DNA from: a virus
Lineage: Duplodnaviria > Caudoviricetes
IMG/VR virus record: IMGVR_UViG_3300027996_003878
Reading direction: 5' to 3' (one strand)
DNA: 64,000 nt
This document shows positions 43,815 through 53,401 of the stretch, piece by piece (position 1 is the stretch's first letter; every line of letters begins with the position of its first letter). The position numbers and the translations under genes are program-made. The notes under the pieces were generated by a model. It saw only the letters and a program-made list of their open reading frames with translations. It was not told the origin of the DNA and ran no database searches.

Positions 43815-46757
43815 CTAACCGCTAAACAGCCCTTGCACCTCTGACGGCTCAATGACTAGAATATTGTTATTCCAACCAGCTTTCTTTAAATAAACAATAA
43901 TTTGTATCTTAGAAACTAGTGTCATATATATGGGGTCATTTTCAAGATCCTTGATACTTAGCCTAAGAATACCAGAGCCATAATCCATATACACGCCAAT
44001 GATATCATCAATTATAATACCATAGCCATCACCATAGCCATCTTCTACATATCCATCTAGGTTCGGAACAAATGCTTGTAGAGATGTATTAAATCTTATT
44101 CTATTTAAAGCTAAATCTTCAGCCTTAACAGTAGTACAGTCTGCGTATCTCATCGCAGGGTAACCTGCCTCTGTAAAGCCATCTCCTCGATCTAACACAA
44201 ATTTTTGAAAAACATTAATTGATTTTTCTTCAAAAGGTATAGCCGGTAATTGCAAAACAACTGTGCCAACCTCAAAATCATGCTTAAAGAAACTTCCGTC
44301 AGGCCTGAGTATCTGACCCTTTCCTATAAGCAAATTGTCAGGAACAAAGAAGTCATTTCTACCTGGATCACAGCTTAAATCTAATTCATTGTAATCTCTA
44401 CATATTGATGTTGTCTCTTCTTCACAACTTAACTGATTTACAGACTCGTCCGTGGTAAATGTGCAAGGCACCAATTTAGCATCAGTATCGATTGCGACCA
44501 AATGACTCTGCCAATAAGGCTGCGGCAGTATTCTATAAAAAACACCAGGAAATGGAACTTGTTCAAAAACTGGATCCAAATCAATCTTTGGAGGGGCTAA
44601 ATAGCCATCATAAAGTAATTCCCATGGATTTAACGTAGAGGGATCGACAATGTTTTGGCCAGTATAACCATCCAACCTCACATAGCCATCACAATCAAAA
44701 TAACCGTCATACCTTCCAACGCTTTGCTGGACCTGCAAACAAAGATGGGTAAAAGAGCTGCCTACTGGAAATGCATTTATTTTTTTATTTACATAATTTG
44801 TAATTAACTCAACATCTGTAGCAGTTATATAGCCATCACCATCTACATCAGCACGAAGCAACTCAAAAGTAGTAAAGTATCCATCAACAATTTTCTGTTG
44901 AGTTGAGTTATAAAACAAACTCTCTCCAACTAGCGATGAAGCTAAAGCAATATCATCTTTAGTAATGTATCCATCGCCATTAACATCTCCATAACCATCG
45001 ATACAAAGAGTGGTTCTGAATATTCTAAAATCTTCTAAGCAACAATCTACATTTGGAACTATCTTGCTGCCGAGTAAATTCAAAGACAATAAATCTGCAT
45101 CTGGATTTATAATACAAAAAGTATCATCTTTAGCCAGTCCGGGATAACTTTGAAATTTATCCAATTGAGGGTTTTGCTTAGGATTCGTATCCTGGGCGCA
45201 ACCTATTAGAAAAGGCTCAGTTGTCTTTTTTAAATCTTCTAGCTCCGACTCTTTAATAAAAGAAAACGATGGAACAAATTGCTTTCTAGAGAATACATCA
45301 TTTCCAGTTCGTTCATTTTGAACGACAACGCTTTCTTTTTCTACAGCCTGAATTAATCCTACATTCAGGATATCCTCGCCAGTATCTACAAAAGATTTAT
45401 TTTTTTCTTGATTATCAATTGTAGCGCCAGTACTCGGATCTGTGATGGTTTTTGGGATAATTACACCGCGCCCAAGATCATAACCTTGTCCATCCGCAAT
45501 TTTAGCTGCATCCGTCCAAACTTGAAACCACAAGTCATTTTCTGGAACATCAGTCCAAACACCGCTAAATACAGTGAGCCTTGATCTATCTAATCGATTG
45601 TTTCCAGTTCCAATAAATACAGTACCAGAATTTGCCGCACCTGCTCTTTGCAATGTAACTGCATAGTAGTTATCAACAGATATTGCAGATGAACTAGGAC
45701 TTGCTAAATTTGTTGAATTAAAAACAAAATCAATAGGCTGCAAGACATCTGTAAGAACATAACCAAGATCTTTCAAAGTACTTTGAGAAATACTTAATTG
45801 CTGTAATGGCCTTTGATTAGGATCAAAGTCAATAGCTAACTCTGGAACAAGATCAGTGGGGCATTTTACATTTGTCTGAAGAGAATAAATACTGACTATT
45901 AAATCACCAGTCCAATCGAAAATATCCTCTATTGGTGTGCTATAGCCATCATCTCTTCTAACGCCCAATAATAAAGTTATTTTTTGTAAATTATCGGTCG
46001 TGGCTTGGAACTTCTGACCGACCTGAGTTGTCACGTCACCTGGCAAAAGCTCACGCGAAGGAAGTCCAGTAATATTAATATTTAAATCATCAGCATTGTA
46101 AGTGAGGCCTATCCCATCTTGAATAACTTGAAATAATGATAAACTCGTACTTGGCAGCTTCCAATCTCGCCAAAAAATATCAGGCTCGAAATCTTGAGCA
46201 ACCATCTTTGAATCTTTAGATAATTGAAAAGATGACGCTTCCTTGACAACAATTTGTCCACCTAAATTTCTAGAACAATTATTGTTACCTTTAAAATCAT
46301 TAAAAAATAAAGCCAGAATTTTTGCATAATGCTTGGACGTTACTTGTGATTCATTTTTATAAAAATAAAAACGATCCATTTGAAGCTGACCATCAAATGA
46401 AAGGCCTATTACAGCAACTTTTACACTATAACGTCCAAATACGTCAGCACCTGTTAGCTTTATTTCTAACTGATTTCCCTGATTTACATCACTAGGCTGG
46501 CTTGTAGGCTGAATTCCATAGCCATCAAAATCACCAGCAGCAAGAAGCGCTGCGGCAGTGGCGTCAGGTTTATCTGAGTCAAATAAAACCGGCTGCTCAG
46601 CAGTTGAAGGCAGTATTCCTGAGCCAAAATGATTATTGACGATAGCTGCATCGAGCTGATTATTTGCATCTTGCTCAACTTCCATATCAGTTTGATCAAC
46701 GCGCTGAGCGTCAAACCAACGATTCTGCAATGCACTTACATCAATTCTTTTAGTCAT
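43815..46757 (-). CDS. Large virion-associated protein with a dockerin-like double Ca-binding loop and 13 DGY motifs
   Basis: GDVNGDGYITKDDIAL and ADVDGDGYITATDVEL. Last gene of the baseplate operon. Confidence 0.65.
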   Translation of the reverse strand: MTKRIDVSALQNRWFDAQRVDQTDMEVEQDANNQLDAAIVNNHFGSGILPSTAEQPVLFDSDKPDATAAALLAAGDFDGYGIQPTSQPSDVNQGNQLEIKLTGADVFGRYSVKVAVIGLSFDGQLQMDRFYFYKNESQVTSKHYAKILALFFNDFKGNNNCSRNLGGQIVVKEASSFQLSKDSKMVAQDFEPDIFWRDWKLPSTSLSLFQVIQDGIGLTYNADDLNINITGLPSRELLPGDVTTQVGQKFQATTDNLQKITLLLGVRRDDGYSTPIEDIFDWTGDLIVSIYSLQTNVKCPTDLVPELAIDFDPNQRPLQQLSISQSTLKDLGYVLTDVLQPIDFVFNSTNLASPSSSAISVDNYYAVTLQRAGAANSGTVFIGTGNNRLDRSRLTVFSGVWTDVPENDLWFQVWTDAAKIADGQGYDLGRGVIIPKTITDPSTGATIDNQEKNKSFVDTGEDILNVGLIQAVEKESVVVQNERTGNDVFSRKQFVPSFSFIKESELEDLKKTTEPFLIGCAQDTNPKQNPQLDKFQSYPGLAKDDTFCIINPDADLLSLNLLGSKIVPNVDCCLEDFRIFRTTLCIDGYGDVNGDGYITKDDIALASSLVGESLFYNSTQQKIVDGYFTTFELLRADVDGDGYITATDVELITNYVNKKINAFPVGSSFTHLCLQVQQSVGRYDGYFDCDGYVRLDGYTGQNIVDPSTLNPWELLYDGYLAPPKIDLDPVFEQVPFPGVFYRILPQPYWQSHLVAIDTDAKLVPCTFTTDESVNQLSCEEETTSICRDYNELDLSCDPGRNDFFVPDNLLIGKGQILRPDGSFFKHDFEVGTVVLQLPAIPFEEKSINVFQKFVLDRGDGFTEAGYPAMRYADCTTVKAEDLALNRIRFNTSLQAFVPNLDGYVEDGYGDGYGIIIDDIIGVYMDYGSGILRLSIKDLENDPIYMTLVSKIQIIVYLKKAGWNNNILVIEPSEVQGLFSG

Positions 46758-46762
46758 AAAAC

Positions 46763-49700
46763 TTATTCTATATAATCAAGCGTAGCCTTGGATTGAGCGG
46801 GCTTCAACGACTCAATAAGGGTTTCAAGTACTTGTTTTGTTTTATCATTACCCAAAACTATACCAAAAGAATCTAAGATTTTTATGGTAAAGTTAAATAT
46901 ACCGAAATTTTCATTTATCAATATAGCTATATCATCAGTTTTAGATATTAAGGTATTAAAGTTTAATAAATATGTAGTAAACACATCCTCTATGACAGGA
47001 TATACAATTGATCTGTTACTACTGAAGTTAATATCTTTAGGCTGACCAGCTACCGTAAAAGTGTTTCTTGATATATTGCTCAATCTTAAATTATCAAATC
47101 TCGCCTGAGCCAAATTTGCTGAAAAGATATCAGATCCAACGAAAAACTCATTTATAACATCTTTAAAATTTAAATCGGCAGTTAGAATAGAGTTATCTAC
47201 ACCCGCAAGACCTTGACCAAAAACGGCCCCTTGTCCAAATAAAAGACCACTCCCGAAGAGTACAGTTCCTTTTTCTTCTCCATCTACAAACAATCTAATT
47301 TCATCTAAGTTGTCTTTTCGATTAAACTTATATGTAGCCATAATTCTGTGCCACGTATTACGCGACCAAAAAACTGGCTGCCTTACTTGATAATCAATAT
47401 CATTAATGCGAACATTAAAGGTTATGAACCCAGCCTCATCTTTGTAGATAGAGATTCGGTCTCCAACCACACCGCTTGGTACATAATAAACTTTGACAGG
47501 TGTATTTTGAAAAGGTAACGCTTGCCCTAAATTTATTGTTTGAAAATCACTCGCAAGCTCTCCGCCTACAAAGTAATTCACGCCAGTATTATCTGTATCT
47601 GTTTGTAATCTAACGCTTAATATTCTCGAAGCACGGCCGGACAATTTCACAGAAGCTGATGTTAGACTAACTGACTCCTCTATCACTGAGCTGCTTGCAT
47701 CAAAATAAAACCTTCTATTTGGATCATTTGCTGTATCAAACTTTGGACTTACCCAAAATTCTATACTTCCCTCTGAAGCTGTTGACAAAAACCCTTTATT
47801 ATCAACAATTAAAGGATCTTTTCCAACAACCAAGCTTTTTTCAAATCTAGAGTTTACACTTGAGCTTGACTGTAAAAATGTTTTATCTGCTGTAATCCAA
47901 AAATCTGAATCATTTACAAGCGGCAATGAATCAAAATGAAGCAACATTAATGTATCACTATTTGGCTCAAAGGGCCTTAAGCTGGTAAAATCAGTTGTAA
48001 TGTAATCTACATTATCTTCTACCGGCTCGCCTACACGAATATCTGTCAGCGCCTTTGATAGTATTCTAAACTCATCAATAACAGCATTTGCCTGATTTCT
48101 CCCATAAAGGTCTGACCCAACAAAAGCTTTTTCATTTGAAAGCGGATTGAAGTCCACCTGTAAATAAGTTTGAAAATCAAACTCAAACAAACCTTGATTT
48201 AAAGTCCATGGCGTATTTACAGATCCAGCCTCTTCAAGCACAAAGAATCCGTTTTGAAAGCCGCTTCTCCCAATACTGATATTAAAAATATCATAAGAGC
48301 CACCTGAAAAAGCAACCGGAGGAGCCGGAGAAAGCCTTACGCTATTGGTATCTATCCGGCTAGAAATTGTATAAGTACCAGCTGCCGCTGGCGGTGAGTT
48401 AATAACGAGAGCATTTCCGACCATCGAATCTGTGAAATAGCCCTGATTGTCAGTTACAATATCCGTCAAACCATCGCCAAACAAATTACTGCCAGCCTGC
48501 ACCTTATACGCAAACCTAATTATAGGAAATAAGGAATTGCCATTTGGCTCTGTTATTGAAAATGCCTCTCTTACCTCTACAGAGATTGTATCCCTAGATG
48601 GGACAATCGGAGTTGACTCGACATCAATCGAAGATATTGTTAAAAATTTATTTACAGTATCTAACGTGGTTGGCGATGTGAAAGTCAACGTTTCAAAAAC
48701 AGGGCCACCGGCCGTTGTTCCGTTAATTGTGACTGTAGGAGGATTCGTGAAGTCAACATTACTACCCGTTATTCTTACTGCTAAAATTCTGCCCTCAATA
48801 CTGTTGGAAGGCTGACTTGCAGTGAGCCCAGTTGCAACATAACGACCCAAAACTAAAGTTGCATTTGAAGGGCCTATAGCTTCTAATGGAAATAATATTG
48901 ATATTATTTTTGTTTCATTTAAATTTATAGGTGGAGGTAATTGTGTTTTAAAAATGCTTGTAGTGTTACCCCAAATGTATGACTTATCGCGGGCTCTCCT
49001 GAAATTAAGACCCAGCGTGCGTATTGCGATTTGATCTCCAGCACTAACATCACCAAGAATTGTTAAAACATTTTGCAACAAAGCGTTCTTGCTGATTTCA
49101 TATGCCGGCAACACCGCATCAGGTCCAGGAAGCTCTGTCTCAATGCCACCGCTAATTTTTGTCACAATAATATTCTTATAAAGATCAATATCAGTTGAAA
49201 CAACTGAGGAAAATTCATTTACTGAAAATCTAGCATCCTCTAGGCTAGAGGGCATAGGGCTGTCCAATGTAAGAACATTGTCACTAATAGCCAATATTGT
49301 ATATGTAAAAAATCCTGGTTCTTTTATGCTTATTGTATTTCCCGGAACTATACCCTGAGCGCCAAAATTAATTCCATCGGATATTACAATATCTGAACCA
49401 ACAACAGTATTTAAATCAGCTCCAGTTATAGCATTGGCGGGCACGGGGGTTAGAAGCAGTTCGGGCTTTACGGTTCTAAATCTATCACTAGAGGCACCTA
49501 TAGGCCTACCGCCATATCTCATTATATTAGGAACTTCTTGCCCATCTATAAATAAATGCATCTCATCCTGGCGCTCCAATGTATTAAGCTTCCAGGTAGT
49601 TGCAATATGATGTTTCTCTCCCGCCTTCCAGTCTTGAATGTCTGCGCTTATTTTATATACATTTTTTCTATTTTTAGTAGGACCGCCCTTATCATAAACT

Positions 49701-52700
49701 CTAAAGTTTAAATAACCACGCCCATCTTTATACAATGAAAATCTATCAATATCTTTTTCCTTGCCAAAATCGAATATATAATGCTCATTGTCGGCCATAA
49801 AATCTATGCCGTCGAACGAAAAATAACCGTCATAACCATCGTAACCATCAAGTTTAAAAGTAAACTCAATGCTATCCGTACCGCTTCTTAAAACATCCGT
49901 TATTTCACCAAGTCCGCTGATAAACTTAACATCATAGACCTCTCCAGAGGATTTGACGGTTCCCTGATAGATGCTACCACCATAGCCATCAACTGAATCT
50001 TTTACGATGACTTTCCATTTGCTTTCATCATCGTTGTAAAAAATAAAACAACCAGTCTCAGTAAAAATTGCCGAAGGCAAGCCTATAGGACTTTCCTTAT
50101 CTTTTCTATTTAAAATAAACTTATTGTCAGAATCATAAGTAGGATTATGACTATCAGCGCCAATAAATATTCTAGAAGAATCTAAAACAAATCCATTTTT
50201 AAATATCTGAAATGTTAAAGAAGCATCGTTGTCTAATCCGTTCCAATCAGGTATTACCCAGGTCTCTAGAGCGCCTTCTTCAAGCCTTAGGTTGCTAGTG
50301 ACAGGAAACGTTACCGTCTCACCTTCTTTTTCTAGTAAAACTCCAGTGTCGAATTTTCCAGATAATAACTGAAGATCTCCAGTGGTACTTATCTCGTCTG
50401 GATCTAGATAACTAACCCCTAGCGCCCAATGAATAAATGCCGCCTCTTCTATTTCAGGATCTATATGCGTAATGCTAGAAACCAACGATTTAATAGCGGG
50501 TATTGTCGGGCCTTTTGTAAATGACTGAAGCGCGCCAGTCAAAGCATCACGATAACGCTCTCTTGGTAAAGTTGTATCAAAAGAATTTAAAACTGGAAGA
50601 TTAACCAACGTTCCAAAGTTTTGCAACAATGAATCACGAAGAGCACCTACTTTATACGAAACAAAATACGTATCACCTTCATTCAACGCAGTAGTTTGTG
50701 TGAAATCTAATTTATTATCTCCATACTCATAGCTAACTAAAATTTCATCTGCAAGATAATTGTAATCAATAAAGTAATCGCCACGGTTGTAATCAACCAC
50801 AGGCGTTGCTGCGCCGTTTAGTCTTAAATTATAAGTTATGGTAACTGAATCCCCAACAACGGCCCCTGAGCCGCCGCTAAGAGTTATGTCATAACCGGCA
50901 AATGTACTCCCAGCTACAAATAACTCTACATTGTCAGAGTCTCTTACAACACTTTCGACGTTTGAAATTTCGATTCCAGGCGATAAAAACGTAGCCTTTA
51001 CCACAAGACCGGGCTCAACAACGCTTGATTCTGATTTTTTTACAGACAATGGATCAAGGGTAATAATATTATCAGACACACTGGCATTACCAGCAAAGTT
51101 AGTGGGTGTAATATTATTATTGAGATCAAAAACATCTACAATGTTTCTTACATTTTTAACATCGTCTGTAACGGTAATCGTGTCCGATGACACCACATAA
51201 GGAGATGTAACATCTCCATTAAAAAATCTTTCTGCTGCGATATCAAAATCTATAGGAAATACTTCATTGTCTGTAAATGAATTATAATTTATATGAAAAT
51301 TAGGCGGCGTTGCAAAATTAATATTATAATAAATATCAGATACGCTTGTAATGTGAGCATTGGCTGTTTTTATCGCAGGCTTACGGTAGTTAACTGTGCC
51401 CAAATTTAAATCTTGAGCAGGGAGAACTGCAAGATAAACTACACCATTTTGATAATCAACTTGATACTGTCCAACTGTCAGGCGGTCAGTATTTTCGCTC
51501 TCAGTAAGGAAATCTGAGTCATAATAAAGCTCAGTTTCAAATAAATCACCCCTGCTAAACGTCACACTGCTATTAAAGCTAGCGCCTATTACGTCTTCTG
51601 ACGCACCTATAATCCTATTGTTTTCTAATAGAATTTTTAAAATTCTTATGCCCAGAATGTTAGAGAACTCATTATTAACCAAGACTAATTCGTTTAAGAC
51701 CTCAGCGAATGAAGCTCTTTCTTGCACTACAGACTCAATCCTGGGGGTATTTATTGAGGAGAAGTAAACACGATTGTCATTAAACCGTGTAACATTGTAA
51801 ATCTCTCCACTCGTTTCATTATAAATTCTGAAGACATTTGTAATCGGCGTGTTTTTTACTGCTAAAGAGTTGGATGAAAGTATTCTATTTTCAATTCTTT
51901 CATCTAAAATTTCCTCATGAATCTGCGCTCTGTAGTCAATATCCGGGACTAAATTTGACTCATATTCAAATGATAATTTAGCATTTTGACCAATCAAGCT
52001 TCGCAAGGGATTTGCTACTAACTCAGAGGTTGACGGATCATATGTATAGTCTAAACGATTGCTATAAATTCTTCTATATCTATAAGAAGCTAACGGCGGA
52101 TAATTGCCCGTACCATCATTTGTAGTAGCCCCAAACACAAAAACCCTGCCTGTGTTATAGTCAATAGAATACTCACCTGTAAATGAAGGAAGTCCTTCCA
52201 GCCTAAAGGGAATTTCTTTTAAAAATGCAGGGTGAGTTGCGCTGAAAGGAGGGTTGGAATTGGGGTCTAAAAACGTAACTCCATTTAACTGATCTATTGG
52301 GATGATGTCACTACTATCTACAATTGGAGAATTATCTAATGTGAATTCCGTAAGAACAGGAGGCACGGCCTCTCTGGTTACTTCGACAACTTCTGATACA
52401 GTTATAGTATCCTCTAAAACATATCTTCCACGAGACTTATACTCATAATCAATAACAACTTCATCAGCAGGACCCGGCACAACAAAACCATCATCCAGCA
52501 CAGTAGAATTTAATTTAAATTGATTATTCTCTAGAGTTAATAGTGGTGATGCGAAGTTCTCATCATATCTAGAATCTTTTATTTGATAACCATAAACTGG
52601 GATAATATATTCATATGTACCGCCAGATGCATATTTAATTAATACTTTATTTAACTTGCTAACAAAATTATTTTTTGCCGTCAGGATAAAATTATTAAAA

Positions 52701-53401
52701 GTTCCAGAGCCCGCGCCGGCCTCTAAAGCTTCATTAAAAACATCAGATCTTAATAATGTTATCGGGAGCCTTGGAAAGCTTGAATAGTCAAAGCTTATTG
52801 ATGTCTTCTTGCCACTCAGTGACTTTCCAACTCGTATAATTTCATAAGCCCCTTCTTCATTTAACCGGTCGTAAGGGCCAACACCACGAACTTTTCCCTC
52901 ATTGGCTACAATATAGCTTAAATAATTATCATTCTTAAGCTGGCCTATGTCATGTAACGCTCTTGATAATGTGAATACCTGCGAGTTAACAATATCGTTA
53001 ACAATTGTCCCTGGATCCAAATTATAAATATTACCGCTAAGTAATTGCTTTAAATTTCTTCTAATTTCATCTTCTTCAATCTCTGGACCCAATAAAGAAA
53101 CAACATTGGTGCGCCCATCTTCTAATAAAAGGCTTTGTCCATTTTTTGACTTAAATTGTATTGAATCAGACGATTTAAAGGTAATAAAATACACACCACC
53201 TGGCACCAATGGTTCGGTTAGTATTCTTAAACCATTTCTTACTACTTCAACCTTTTTAACAGCAGGGCTTATTAGTCCTGGTGTATTTGCAACAATTTCA
53301 ACATTAGATGTATTAATAAGCGGATCTAAAAAGTCCGTAAAAATAGCTTTAATTGTAATGCTATTTACTGCCGCTAAATCTTTAAGTCTTAAGTTGGCCA
53401 T
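46763..53401 (-). CDS. Very large baseplate wedge-associated protein with LamG/concanavalin-A-like domains
   Basis: RYRDALTGALQSFTKGPTIPAI resembles the gpI/gp7 wedge motif. LamG-like segments EGALETWV..HHIATTW..LFIDG..IDEFRI and EGSIEFWV..WHRIMATY..LFVDG..FDNLRLS. Follows baseplate J. Confidence 0.65.
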   Translation of the reverse strand: MANLRLKDLAAVNSITIKAIFTDFLDPLINTSNVEIVANTPGLISPAVKKVEVVRNGLRILTEPLVPGGVYFITFKSSDSIQFKSKNGQSLLLEDGRTNVVSLLGPEIEEDEIRRNLKQLLSGNIYNLDPGTIVNDIVNSQVFTLSRALHDIGQLKNDNYLSYIVANEGKVRGVGPYDRLNEEGAYEIIRVGKSLSGKKTSISFDYSSFPRLPITLLRSDVFNEALEAGAGSGTFNNFILTAKNNFVSKLNKVLIKYASGGTYEYIIPVYGYQIKDSRYDENFASPLLTLENNQFKLNSTVLDDGFVVPGPADEVVIDYEYKSRGRYVLEDTITVSEVVEVTREAVPPVLTEFTLDNSPIVDSSDIIPIDQLNGVTFLDPNSNPPFSATHPAFLKEIPFRLEGLPSFTGEYSIDYNTGRVFVFGATTNDGTGNYPPLASYRYRRIYSNRLDYTYDPSTSELVANPLRSLIGQNAKLSFEYESNLVPDIDYRAQIHEEILDERIENRILSSNSLAVKNTPITNVFRIYNETSGEIYNVTRFNDNRVYFSSINTPRIESVVQERASFAEVLNELVLVNNEFSNILGIRILKILLENNRIIGASEDVIGASFNSSVTFSRGDLFETELYYDSDFLTESENTDRLTVGQYQVDYQNGVVYLAVLPAQDLNLGTVNYRKPAIKTANAHITSVSDIYYNINFATPPNFHINYNSFTDNEVFPIDFDIAAERFFNGDVTSPYVVSSDTITVTDDVKNVRNIVDVFDLNNNITPTNFAGNASVSDNIITLDPLSVKKSESSVVEPGLVVKATFLSPGIEISNVESVVRDSDNVELFVAGSTFAGYDITLSGGSGAVVGDSVTITYNLRLNGAATPVVDYNRGDYFIDYNYLADEILVSYEYGDNKLDFTQTTALNEGDTYFVSYKVGALRDSLLQNFGTLVNLPVLNSFDTTLPRERYRDALTGALQSFTKGPTIPAIKSLVSSITHIDPEIEEAAFIHWALGVSYLDPDEISTTGDLQLLSGKFDTGVLLEKEGETVTFPVTSNLRLEEGALETWVIPDWNGLDNDASLTFQIFKNGFVLDSSRIFIGADSHNPTYDSDNKFILNRKDKESPIGLPSAIFTETGCFIFYNDDESKWKVIVKDSVDGYGGSIYQGTVKSSGEVYDVKFISGLGEITDVLRSGTDSIEFTFKLDGYDGYDGYFSFDGIDFMADNEHYIFDFGKEKDIDRFSLYKDGRGYLNFRVYDKGGPTKNRKNVYKISADIQDWKAGEKHHIATTWKLNTLERQDEMHLFIDGQEVPNIMRYGGRPIGASSDRFRTVKPELLLTPVPANAITGADLNTVVGSDIVISDGINFGAQGIVPGNTISIKEPGFFTYTILAISDNVLTLDSPMPSSLEDARFSVNEFSSVVSTDIDLYKNIIVTKISGGIETELPGPDAVLPAYEISKNALLQNVLTILGDVSAGDQIAIRTLGLNFRRARDKSYIWGNTTSIFKTQLPPPINLNETKIISILFPLEAIGPSNATLVLGRYVATGLTASQPSNSIEGRILAVRITGSNVDFTNPPTVTINGTTAGGPVFETLTFTSPTTLDTVNKFLTISSIDVESTPIVPSRDTISVEVREAFSITEPNGNSLFPIIRFAYKVQAGSNLFGDGLTDIVTDNQGYFTDSMVGNALVINSPPAAAGTYTISSRIDTNSVRLSPAPPVAFSGGSYDIFNISIGRSGFQNGFFVLEEAGSVNTPWTLNQGLFEFDFQTYLQVDFNPLSNEKAFVGSDLYGRNQANAVIDEFRILSKALTDIRVGEPVEDNVDYITTDFTSLRPFEPNSDTLMLLHFDSLPLVNDSDFWITADKTFLQSSSSVNSRFEKSLVVGKDPLIVDNKGFLSTASEGSIEFWVSPKFDTANDPNRRFYFDASSSVIEESVSLTSASVKLSGRASRILSVRLQTDTDNTGVNYFVGGELASDFQTINLGQALPFQNTPVKVYYVPSGVVGDRISIYKDEAGFITFNVRINDIDYQVRQPVFWSRNTWHRIMATYKFNRKDNLDEIRLFVDGEEKGTVLFGSGLLFGQGAVFGQGLAGVDNSILTADLNFKDVINEFFVGSDIFSANLAQARFDNLRLSNISRNTFTVAGQPKDINFSSNRSIVYPVIEDVFTTYLLNFNTLISKTDDIAILINENFGIFNFTIKILDSFGIVLGNDKTKQVLETLIESLKPAQSKATLDYIE

